The notes under the pieces were generated by a model that was given only the letters and a program-made list of their open reading frames with translations, was not told where the DNA came from and ran no database searches. A stretch of DNA of 64,000 nucleotides, from positions 2,379-66,378 of the IMG/VR virus record IMGVR_UViG_3300021365_000014. One strand, 5' to 3'. The position numbers and the translations under genes were made by a program. The stretch comes from a virus. Of this stretch, positions 56,383-64,000 are shown one piece after another (the first letter of the stretch is position 1; every line of letters begins with the position of its first letter).

Positions 56383-56914
56383 TCTTTCTTGTTCCTTTTG
56401 TAACTTCGCCTGCAGGTCCGTGCCTGCTGTCTTTGGTGTTCAACAAAGCATATCCTGTGTTCGATTCGTACTGAAAAGTTTTCAATGCATTATTATCATC
56501 ATCAAATAAGGACGTGCCTATGTTATCATCACCCAAATAAATTTGAACTGCAAGTTTTATCCTAGAATCATCGATGTGTGGCCCCATGTAATATCCTATA
56601 TTATCCAGCCATATGTCAACACTTTCAAATTTCAAATCAGTATTAAATTTTTTTTCCAATGTCTTTGTAATTGGTCTGTGCATGAAAAGTATTTTCAATT
56701 TTTTAATGATCTCTTCTTTTTCGTCCACCCTACTCCTAGAACTTTTCTCCTGTTTTTCCAAGGGCACTAAATTTAATTTTCCAAGATTTTTCAATTGGTC
56801 TAACAGTCCTTTACCAAAGAAATCTCGGTATTCTTGGTAATACTTTCCATTTATATTGACCAAAGGTGCATTTTCTATTGACAAAACCACATCTTGTGTG
56901 CTTAAATTAAACAT
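56360..56914 (-). CDS. 2OG-Fe(II) oxygenase superfamily protein
   Basis: IWLD..GYYMGPHIDD..AVQIYL..GT..N.GY...N...SRHG...R.S (HxD..H..R). Confidence 0.78.
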   Translation of the reverse strand: MFNLSTQDVVLSIENAPLVNINGKYYQEYRDFFGKGLLDQLKNLGKLNLVPLEKQEKSSRSRVDEKEEIIKKLKILFMHRPITKTLEKKFNTDLKFESVDIWLDNIGYYMGPHIDDSRIKLAVQIYLGDDNIGTSLFDDDNNALKTFQYESNTGYALLNTKDSRHGPAGEVTKGTRKSVYVRYR

Positions 56915-56957
56915 ATGTTAATTAATTATATCGTACGAACATAGGAAGGAAAAAAAT

Positions 56958-57152
56958 ATGTCAAATGAAACACATGACGCTATCATGACAGCGATTCAAA
57001 CTTACTCAGAAGAGAATGGGAAGTTTGTTGATAAGGGTGTAAAAGCCTCTGCAACAAGGGCCAGAAAGGCCTTGGCAGAATTATCGAAACTGATCAAAGC
57101 GAGAAGAAAAGAAATTCAAGAAGTTAAGAACGCGGCCAAGACAGCGGCGTAA
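56958..57152 (+). CDS. small basic histone H1-like (Hc1-type) DNA-binding protein
   Basis: KF.DKGVKASATRARKAL.EL.KL.KARRKEI; upstream AGGAAGGA RBS. Confidence 0.7.
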   Translation: MSNETHDAIMTAIQTYSEENGKFVDKGVKASATRARKALAELSKLIKARRKEIQEVKNAAKTAA

Positions 57153-57180
57153 TCGATCAATTGAATTGCAATTCTAAATA

Positions 57181-57211
57181 GCCTCCGGCTTTACTTGTCG
57201 GAGGTTTTTTT
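57181..57211 (+). terminator. rho-independent terminator
   Basis: GCCTCCGGC-TTTACTT-GTCGGAGGT hairpin followed by a T-tract, between convergent genes. Confidence 0.85.
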
Positions 57212-57617
57212 ATGACTTGAGGATTCCCTTGCCATGCACCCTCACTCGGATGTGGCCATTATAATAATCATTAGTTTCCAGGACCTTACGTGCAAACTGT
57301 TCACGTGCTTCCACGTATGACAGTTCCGCCTTGGACTTACAGTAGAAAAGTATTTCCCTCGTGAATTTGTCTTTTCCAAGTTTGTTTACATCAATTGTGA
57401 GATCATCACTTGATCCGTAGTAGTCCTGCCAGTCTGAATCCACTTTGTACCTACGCTTGTTCTTTCTGCCTTTGAGTGGTGGTCTAGATCTTTTGAATCT
57501 CGCCAGTTTCTTACCTATGTACATCCTGCCGTTGGTTGTGTTTGTTATGAGATAAACAAATCCCACAACATCCTCCGGCATCGTGGTAATTTCATTTCCT
57601 TGGTACATCCAATGCAT
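57210..57617 (-). CDS. GIY-YIG family nuclease (small, standalone)
   Basis: GFVYLITNTTNGRMYIGKK, YYGSS, F.REIL, E, YYN; likely start MHWMYQG at 57617. Confidence 0.85.
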   Translation of the reverse strand: MHWMYQGNEITTMPEDVVGFVYLITNTTNGRMYIGKKLARFKRSRPPLKGRKNKRRYKVDSDWQDYYGSSDDLTIDVNKLGKDKFTREILFYCKSKAELSYVEAREQFARKVLETNDYYNGHIRVRVHGKGILKS

Positions 57618-57669
57618 GATGGTATTTAAAGCCAAAAAGATTGACCTAAAAAGAAAACTCATATAAACA

Positions 57670-58110
57670 AGTGCGATAGGCAAACAAAACTTCTCAAAAA
57701 TTTCCAACAGGCAAACATAGCATCGCAACCAGTGAGCAAGGAAATGCGGCTAACAAGCGACAGGTGAATCCTTAGATGCACACAGCAAAAAATGATGGGG
57801 CTCTTAGAAAAAGTTAATCCCCAGGTCTGCCAAGAACTATTATACAGGGGTTTGGTGGGCTCGCGTTGTAATGAATGAGCAAATGGGTACAGCACAACCG
57901 CCCAACTACGGTAGCGATGTATAGTGACTGCGAACTCACCACAGGGTTCAAGTCGGTTCGGCTAGAAATAGCCGAATTGTGACTGCTCATCTACCACAGG
58001 GCACGCAATATGCGTACACCGTTTATTTTTCACTTTGCGTAAGCGTAAATTAAGAAACGAAACGAGCGTAAGCGAAGTTTCAGATGGCGTAAGCCGTCTC
58101 TGACGATCCA
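57670..58110 (+). ncRNA. candidate structured non-coding RNA or cis element (alternatively a replication origin)
   Basis: ~500 nt gap without a credible ORF, containing GNRA-capped hairpins, a duplicated GTGACTGC-N6-ACCACAGGG module and 3x GCGTAAGC. Boundaries are approximate. Confidence 0.5.
57924..58001 (+). repeat. direct repeat GTGACTGC-N6-ACCACAGGG x2 (55-nt period) flanking a perfect hairpin
   Basis: Copies at 57924-57946 and 57979-58001; hairpin TTCGGCTA-GAAA-TAGCCGAA at 57957-57976. Confidence 0.85.
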
Positions 58111-58124
58111 TTAAGTACTGCACA

Positions 58125-58895
58125 ATGGAACTAATCTTCGATCACACACTGGGCAAACAGGAACACCAGGACATCGTGATATGCCGACCCATGGCCATAG
58201 TGGACATCGACGAGGAACACGAGGCGTTGGACCATGGATGGTTGGCGCTGGACCACCCGGTCATGAACCGTGAGGTTTTCTACCAATCACGTAGCACACG
58301 CATAAACCTGGACCTGTACAAGCCACGATACAAACGACACGAGTACCAGGGCGACGAGATCGGCGTGAAAATAATAGACGCATCCGAGATGGTGAAACTG
58401 TTGGGACTGCCGCACATCTACAAGCAATACATGGAGAGAAAAAAATTTACGCAGGACTACGACCCATTCGCACACTACCACCCACGTGACCAGTTCATGA
58501 TATTCTACACAGGATCCGCTGACAACATCATCGGGTTCACCAAACAGAAGCGTTACCGTTGGGAGGCGGAGCACTACAGCACCATAGACAGTTATGACTC
58601 CAAGGACCTGCACGGCCTGGAGAGCGTGTTGCACGCCAACACGGTGCCCATATCGGAAGTGACGCTGGACATGGAGATAGAGTGGGCCGCCAACAACTAC
58701 GTCAGTTACTTCTACATGGGATCGGGATATGAGACCTCATCGGAGTACAAGGCCAACTACCGGGGATTCGAGTGGTGGACGGGCACGGAGTGGAGCCGCA
58801 ACAAGAAGCAGTACCGTAGGTTGTGTAAGAGGGACTCTAGGATCGAGTCTTTGCGGGATCTCGGAAACCTTTCACTGATTCCAGATAAGTCTTAG
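58125..58895 (+). CDS. arginyl/leucyl-tRNA--protein transferase-like protein (ATE1/Bpt-like)
   Basis: ALDHGW..Y.SRSTRINL N-terminal pattern; C-terminal YFYMGSGY..SS.YKANY.GFEWW resembles the ATE_C YYLGY...M.YK..Y.P.E motif. Confidence 0.6.
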   Translation: MELIFDHTLGKQEHQDIVICRPMAIVDIDEEHEALDHGWLALDHPVMNREVFYQSRSTRINLDLYKPRYKRHEYQGDEIGVKIIDASEMVKLLGLPHIYKQYMERKKFTQDYDPFAHYHPRDQFMIFYTGSADNIIGFTKQKRYRWEAEHYSTIDSYDSKDLHGLESVLHANTVPISEVTLDMEIEWAANNYVSYFYMGSGYETSSEYKANYRGFEWWTGTEWSRNKKQYRRLCKRDSRIESLRDLGNLSLIPDKS

Positions 58896-59364
58896 ACCAA
58901 TTTTTATAGTAGGGACCGGCCTCCAACATCTCGGAATACCTGTTCAGTTTGCTCAGTCTCTGTGCCAGGAACAGTATGTAATGACCGTTGTTGAGTTTGA
59001 CCGTTTTTACCTTCTCAGAAATTTTGGGATGGTCCTCCAGCACCACCACATCACGGGGCATGAATGCCTGGTTCAACCTGTCAGCGATAGCCACGGTCTC
59101 CTTGGCCGTGTACTGGTCCGGTTCCGCTATGATCACTAACACGTCCTTCTTGTCAAAGTCGAAGTCCCAGATGTGTGTGAATATGGTGCCGAACTCACCT
59201 ATGCCGTCAAGTTCTAAAAATTTTACCTTGCCATCCACTATGGCCTTCTGTGCGTATGGACACGGTGGCAGGTCGCCGAATATGGGATTGGGTTTCGTTA
59301 CGAAATCCTTAATCCAAGTCCGTATCGTCTGTGTTGGTGTCTGTTTTTTGTGTCGAGTCGTCAT
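58837..59364 (-). CDS. hypothetical protein (DUF1415-like CPYA motif)
   Basis: WI..FV..P....PPCPYA.KA, DHP, L.QR...L, YY..W. Confidence 0.6.
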   Translation of the reverse strand: MTTRHKKQTPTQTIRTWIKDFVTKPNPIFGDLPPCPYAQKAIVDGKVKFLELDGIGEFGTIFTHIWDFDFDKKDVLVIIAEPDQYTAKETVAIADRLNQAFMPRDVVVLEDHPKISEKVKTVKLNNGHYILFLAQRLSKLNRYSEMLEAGPYYKNWSKTYLESVKGFRDPAKTRS

Positions 59365-59626
59365 GTATGTCCTTGATCTTCTCTAGTGCCTCATCTAGCA
59401 GTCGTGCCTTGGTGTCTAGTTTGGCCTTGAGTTCCGCTATCTCCTTGTTCTGCTCACCTATCTTTTGTCCACAACTGTGGACGTCCTGTTCTCTGTGTTC
59501 CAGTTTGATCAACATCTGCTTCATCCGGCTCTCTTTGGATTTCATTTTATCCAGAGTGTCATCACGGTCTTTTGTGATTTCTGCGAGTTCGGCTTTTAGT
59601 TCCTTGACTAGGTCTTTGTCGGACAT
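59309..59626 (-). CDS. coiled-coil hypothetical protein
   Basis: 105-aa ORF with a heptad-rich sequence. Confidence 0.7.
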   Translation of the reverse strand: MSDKDLVKELKAELAEITKDRDDTLDKMKSKESRMKQMLIKLEHREQDVHSCGQKIGEQNKEIAELKAKLDTKARLLDEALEKIKDIHDDSTQKTDTNTDDTDLD

Positions 59627-59678
59627 ATGTAAGTGTTAATTATCTGCATTTTGGAATACCATAATAGTATACTATATT

Positions 59679-59900
59679 CTAGAAGAAAGGTTGACCGCTT
59701 TTCTTGGTGGTCTCGAGATTGTCTTTTACCAGTTGTGCAATGATCTCACGTTCCGTTGGACTCAACCCCATGGCCTCCGAGTATGAAAGTCCGCCCCTCA
59801 TGTACCAACTGATCTTTACCAATTCATGTTTCAATTCCTTTTGACCGTTCTCCATGTCCTTCAGGGTCTTGATGATGTCAGATTCCGATTGTGAAAGCAA
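59679..59900 (-). CDS. tail/baseplate assembly chaperone C-terminal part (gp51/gpT-like), probably reached by -1 frameshift
   Basis: ISWYMRGGLSYSEAM.LS..ER..I; lies in the -1 frame behind a T TTT TTC slippery site. Confidence 0.7.
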   Translation of the reverse strand: MLSQSESDIIKTLKDMENGQKELKHELVKISWYMRGGLSYSEAMGLSPTEREIIAQLVKDNLETTKKSGQPFF

Positions 59901-59902
59901 GG

Positions 59903-60757
59903 TTATACGAAAAAATTTGATGTGTCGAAAGTTACGGGTACCTCGTAAGTTGCCGGTGCACCTTTCTTGATCTGGTCTTCGGTGGCTTTCAGTTTAAGTG
60001 GTTTCACCGCCCCTTGTCCACGCAGTTGTGTCAACTTGTCCTCTATCTCTTTTATTAAAATTGCGTTTGCATTTTCTACGAATTCTTTTATATGGGCAGG
60101 ATCGGTTATCTCAGTCCCGTCGGTCATTGTGATGCTGTTAATGTTTTTCAAAAGTATAGATGCATTTAAATCTGTAAGGGTCTTAAAGGCATCGTTAAAT
60201 CTCTTTGCTTTTTCCTCGTCTGACAGTTGTGAATCCTGAATCGCACTGTACATCTTCTGTTGTTGGAAAGTCTGTAGGGACGTTGATGTCATGTCATTGT
60301 ATGTCAGAGGTCTGACAGTGATCTTCAAACCGTCTTTCAACACAATGTCACTGTTCACCTTCGTGGATCTCAACTGATCCAGTATTGCAGGAAGATTTAC
60401 TGTGTGCGACACATTCTCGTTAGCACCCGGTACCGTGAAATTGATCTCCATGGTCTCACCGTAAGTGGCGATCCTTATGGCAACCAGTATAGTGTCCAAG
60501 TCATAACTTTTGATCTGCCATGCGTCCTTGATGTCTGGCACACAACTCTGTATCACGTCTACCACACCCTGGCCATTCATAAGTGCATCAGGTGTCTTGA
60601 ATCTGATCTCATCCTTGGCCGTCATGGGCATCACGCCTAATTCACCGGTCTGTGCTGGTGTAATAACATGAGGTGGATAGTCGGTACCCGACGGTAACGA
60701 CACGTATATGGCCGGCTGTCTGAAGTACTTGTTTAATGGGTTGTTATTTTCCGTCAT
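59903..60757 (-). CDS. baseplate hub/tail assembly chaperone (T4 gp26-like)
   Basis: NPL.KYFRQP.IY..LPS, V.PMTAKDE...KTPDALMNG, D.D.IL.AIRIATYG, ends FD.SNFF. Confidence 0.75.
   Translation of the reverse strand: MTENNNPLNKYFRQPAIYVSLPSGTDYPPHVITPAQTGELGVMPMTAKDEIRFKTPDALMNGQGVVDVIQSCVPDIKDAWQIKSYDLDTILVAIRIATYGETMEINFTVPGANENVSHTVNLPAILDQLRSTKVNSDIVLKDGLKITVRPLTYNDMTSTSLQTFQQQKMYSAIQDSQLSDEEKAKRFNDAFKTLTDLNASILLKNINSITMTDGTEITDPAHIKEFVENANAILIKEIEDKLTQLRGQGAVKPLKLKATEDQIKKGAPATYEVPVTFDTSNFFV
59909..59915 (-). promoter_or_regulatory. -1 programmed ribosomal frameshift slippery heptamer T TTT TTC
   Basis: AAT TTT TTC GTA TAA in frame 0; the -1 frame reads TTT TTT CGT ATA ACC TTG CTT TCA into ORF 59679..59900. 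Confidence 0.7.
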
Positions 60758-60766
60758 TTTTTATTC

Positions 60767-60774
60767 TATAAATA
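60767..60774 (+). promoter_or_regulatory. T4-type late promoter TATAAATA (tape measure gene)
   Basis: Exact motif ~65 nt upstream of ATG 60838. Confidence 0.78.
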
Positions 60775-60799
60775 TACACTAACAGCGTATAGGTGTCAA

Positions 60800-60807
60800 T
60801 ATTTATA
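60800..60807 (-). promoter_or_regulatory. T4-type late promoter TATAAATA (gp26-like gene)
   Basis: Exact motif on the minus strand ~43 nt upstream of ATG 60757. Confidence 0.78.
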
Positions 60808-60837
60808 TGCGTACAAAAAGGGCGAAAAACTAACCGT

Positions 60838-62931
60838 ATGGACCAAGAATTAAGAGAACTACTGAAACAGGTAATCGACGACCCTAACATCCGTAAGGCC
60901 CGGGAGGAGGCCTACAAGCAAAAATTAAAAGAAACAAAGAACGGACTAGAAGCCAACAAACTTAAACTTAAAGAAATACAGGAACTGAGGAGAACCCTAT
61001 CTCTTTATGTGAAAGATCAGGACAAGAGAAGAGAATTAATTGGGATCATTGACAAACAGATAGATTCCACAGAAAATCTAATTGACCAAAATGAGAAAAT
61101 ATTAGAAACTTCCAAGAAACTTGGAGACAGTTTCGTAGGATTAGGCAAAGCGGCATTTCGGGGAGAAGGATCCATTAGTGCATTCACAGACAATGTGAAA
61201 GGACTAGGACTTCTCGGTAACAGATTAGATGTTAATATCGAGACGTTTAGGCAACTGTCACAGTCGGGTGCTAACTTTGGACAGAGCATAGTTGAACTGA
61301 GGACGGCGGCGGCAAGTGCGGCACTGCCATTGGACGACTTCGCGGCCTTGGTTGCAAACAATTCACAGAACTTGGCGGCCCTGTTCGGATCAACAACTCA
61401 AGGTGCACAAGCCATTGCAAGATTAGGAGCACAGACCAGAGAACTTGGCATAGAAAGATTGGCTCCGTTGGGACTTACAGTTGATGAAATAAATGAAACT
61501 TTGCTATTGAACTTGGATTCGCAAAGAAGAACAGGAATACTTAACACACTGACTGATCAGCAAAGGACTCAAAGTGCTATAAATTTTGCGGAACAGTTAG
61601 ACAGACTGGCAAAACTAACAGGACAACAAAGGGACGAACTTAGACAACAAATAGAACAACAACAATCGAATGAAAGATTTCAAGCGGCACTTCAGGGACA
61701 GACAGACGAGACACGTCAGAGGCTACAAGGATTTGCGGCAACAGTGGGAGGCATATCACCTCAGTTGGCAGAAGGCTTCCAAGACCTAATAGCAAACGCA
61801 GGTGTCCCGGTAACGGAATCCGCACTTGCACTCGTGCAAAACATTCCAGAGGCACAAAACATAATAAGAAGTCTAATTAACGGAACTGTTTCGGCAGAAC
61901 AAGCCTTGGTCGGAATTAGAGATGCATCAGCATCAAGTATAGACAGATTTAGAAAAGCCACTGTCACAGGACAGGTAGAATTTTTATCACTGCAAGGTGG
62001 CATAATTGAATTGGGCAGAAGGGTAACTGACACAGGTGCGGTGTTCGACGAACAGAATAAATCGGCTACAAGTCTAGTCAAGAACCTGACAACATTCGAA
62101 CAGGCGACGAAGGTCTTATCAAGCCAGTTCCAATCAATCGAGACGGGACTGCTACAGGCATTTGGACCATTGCTAGGAGGACTGGTGGGTGGCATACAAA
62201 CTACATTCGGAGCCGGCGGAGCATTGGCAGTGGCCCTTGGAAAAGCACCGGGTCTGACCGCAGGATTAATCACGGCAGGATTGGCAGGCAAATATCTATT
62301 CACTGAAGCCAAGAACGTTGCCATAATCGCCGCTGGTACGGCCTTGGGACAAAGAGGAATGATAGGCAAGTTAGGTGGTTTAATGGGTGCAGGTAAAAAA
62401 GGTCTAGGTGTTGCAGGAAAAGGGCTAGGAGTTATAGGCGGCGGTACTGCACTATTAGGAGGGGCCACCCAGGCAGGTACGGCCGAAACAACAGAAGGAA
62501 AAATTGCAGGAATTGTTACAAGTGCAATAGGTGGAGCATTGACTGGTCTAGCCTTTGGTGGTATCCCAGGTGCTATTGCCGGCGGACTCGGGGGACTTGC
62601 TTTAGGAGGCGTGAGTGCTTTTGCAGGTGGAAAACAATTTGGTGGCGGCATGGATGAAGGTAAAACTTACCTGGTTGGTGAGAGAGGACCTGAAATGGTC
62701 ACTTCTGGAACCAAATCAACAGTGACCTCAAACAACGATCTTAAGAGCACATTTGACACATCCGCACTGGAGACCAAGATGGCAAGCCTAGTCACAGAGA
62801 TGAATAGTGCGAATAAGACTCTCACTAGTATGGTAAATGGCGTAAATACCCTTGTAGCAGTAGAATCCAGGGCCTTGAAAGCAGTTGAAACGACAGCACG
62901 TAAAGACCGTAACCAAGTTGGACTGGTTTAG
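60838..62931 (+). CDS. tape measure protein-like
   Basis: Long helical Ala/Gln/Leu-rich body (LDRLAKLTGQQR), Gly/Ala hydrophobic stretch, FGG....YLVGERGPE motif; divergent from the chaperone genes. Start MDQELRE at 60838. Confidence 0.75.
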   Translation: MDQELRELLKQVIDDPNIRKAREEAYKQKLKETKNGLEANKLKLKEIQELRRTLSLYVKDQDKRRELIGIIDKQIDSTENLIDQNEKILETSKKLGDSFVGLGKAAFRGEGSISAFTDNVKGLGLLGNRLDVNIETFRQLSQSGANFGQSIVELRTAAASAALPLDDFAALVANNSQNLAALFGSTTQGAQAIARLGAQTRELGIERLAPLGLTVDEINETLLLNLDSQRRTGILNTLTDQQRTQSAINFAEQLDRLAKLTGQQRDELRQQIEQQQSNERFQAALQGQTDETRQRLQGFAATVGGISPQLAEGFQDLIANAGVPVTESALALVQNIPEAQNIIRSLINGTVSAEQALVGIRDASASSIDRFRKATVTGQVEFLSLQGGIIELGRRVTDTGAVFDEQNKSATSLVKNLTTFEQATKVLSSQFQSIETGLLQAFGPLLGGLVGGIQTTFGAGGALAVALGKAPGLTAGLITAGLAGKYLFTEAKNVAIIAAGTALGQRGMIGKLGGLMGAGKKGLGVAGKGLGVIGGGTALLGGATQAGTAETTEGKIAGIVTSAIGGALTGLAFGGIPGAIAGGLGGLALGGVSAFAGGKQFGGGMDEGKTYLVGERGPEMVTSGTKSTVTSNNDLKSTFDTSALETKMASLVTEMNSANKTLTSMVNGVNTLVAVESRALKAVETTARKDRNQVGLV

Positions 62932-62966
62932 GTTGCTAAAATGAATAAAAAAGTGTAATATAAAGC

Positions 62967-64000
62967 ATGGCTTGGAAAAAATATTTTAAAGACGCAAACA
63001 TGTCTCCCATCAGTGGAGAGAAGGTACCCAACTTCGCAAAAAGGAACTACAGTTCTTACTTGCCGGATGTGTACACAGGACACCCCAACAGGATACAGAG
63101 ATACTTCCAGTATGACAGATGGATTCAGACTCGGAGATCAACGCGGCACTAGACATCCTGGCAGAATTCTCAACACAGAAGAACACAGAGAACGAAACTC
63201 CTTTTGATCTTGTGTTCAAGGACGAGACCACAGAACACGAAGTGAAACTTTTAAAGAAGGCTTTGCAACAATGGACGAAATCTAATCAGTTCAACAAGAG
63301 AATCTTCAGGATTTTCAGGAACGCACTGAAGTACGGAGATTGTTTCTTCGTCAGGGATCCGGAAACAAACAAATGGTTGTACATCGACAACGCCAAAGTT
63401 GACAGGATCGTTGTGAATGAGTCCGAGGGCAAGAAGCCTGAACAGTATGTGATCAGAGACATCAACCCTAACCTACAGAGATTATCAGCAACACAGATAA
63501 CACCCAACCAAACGTACGGTGGCGGTGGAACAACCGGTGGTGGTACAGCGGCATATGGTTCAAGTTATGCCAATGCAGGTGCTACAAACAACATGTCGGG
63601 ATTCGCAGGTGGAAACGCAGGTGGAAGATTCTACAAAACGATGAATGCGTACAACATAAACGCAGAGCACGTGATTCATATGTCAATGTCAGATGGATTA
63701 GACAACCTATTCCCATTTGGACAGTCAGTGTTGGAACAAGTTTTCAAAGTCTACAAACAGAAAGAACTATTAGAAGACGCAATCATAATCTACAGGGTAC
63801 AGAGAGCACCTGAAAGAAGGGTATTCTACATTGACGTAGGTAACATGCCTACACACTTGGCGATGCAGTTCGTCGAGAGAGTCAAAAACGAAATAAACCA
63901 AAGAAGAATTCCGAGTGCATCGGGGGGAGCAAACTTCATAGATGCAACATACAACCCAATGTCAATAAACGAAGATTACTTCTTCCCACAGACAGCAGAA
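62967..64000 (+). CDS. gp20: portal protein (T4 gp20-like), partial, with apparent 1-nt frameshift at ~63117
   Basis: The frame from 63119 reads MDSDSEINAALDILAEF...YGD.F...LEDAIIIYRVQRAPERRVFYIDVGNMP...EDYFFP to the window end. The N-terminus MAWKKYF..RYFQYD is one base out of frame. Confidence 0.9.

Noticed and set aside
57659-57895. 78-aa minus-strand ORF in the intergenic gap
   Set aside because: No RBS or recognisable motifs, atypical composition, and it overlaps the structured element; likely spurious.
57924-58094. Possible mini CRISPR array
   Set aside because: Only two imperfect 23-nt copies with a variable core, and the 'spacer' contains a perfect hairpin. No cas genes are in the window.
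57210-58124. Group I intron with GIY-YIG homing endonuclease
   Set aside because: No interrupted host gene flanks it, I could not identify P/Q/R/S core elements, and the nuclease is short and on the opposite strand to the structured element.
61761-62651. 296-aa minus-strand ORF
   Set aside because: Antisense shadow of the Gly/Ala-rich part of the tape measure gene; no independent motifs.
1-64000. Stop-codon reassignment (as in some jumbo phages)
   Set aside because: Genes tile densely in the standard code, including a 13-kb ORF, and TAA, TAG and TGA are all used as real stops.
1-64000. tRNA/rRNA genes, transposases, diversity-generating retroelement
   Set aside because: No cloverleaf, rRNA-like sequence, transposase, reverse transcriptase or TR/VR pair was recognised by eye; a tRNAscan run would be needed to be certain.

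Overview
This window is a gene-dense 64 kb segment of a large, distantly T4-like myovirus, probably an uncultured jumbo phage, read in the standard genetic code. The host cannot be determined from the sequence. (1) 0.5-17 kb is a large, mostly minus-strand tailoring-enzyme cluster. It holds a PIG-L deacetylase, an NAD epimerase, a DegT aminotransferase, a NodU/CmcH carbamoyltransferase, SGNH-like and GNAT-like proteins, four glycosyltransferase-like genes, five tandem radical SAM paralogs with an N-terminal twitch/SPASM module, and three microproteins missing from the ORF track. (2) 17-49 kb is the tail fibre/baseplate module. It includes three paralogous fibres, a Gly-rich protein with a C-terminal Hint domain followed by a hydroxylase/SDR/GNAT cassette, a 4341-aa wedge protein, and gp6-, gp25-, gp5-, gp53- and gp48/54-like genes. 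(3) 49-54 kb encodes a gp55-like late sigma factor, gp47 and gp46. (4) 54-59.6 kb is accessory: B12 radical SAM, PLP-fold enzyme, 2OG oxygenase, Hc1 histone-like protein, GIY-YIG nuclease, a ~450 nt structured non-coding element, and an ATE1/Bpt-like aminoacyl-tRNA protein transferase. (5) The end carries a gp26/gp51-like chaperone pair joined by a -1 slippery site, a tape measure gene, and the start of a portal gene with a 1-nt frameshift. T4-type TATAAATA late promoters precede several structural operons. All product calls come from motif recognition by eye; no database search was run.
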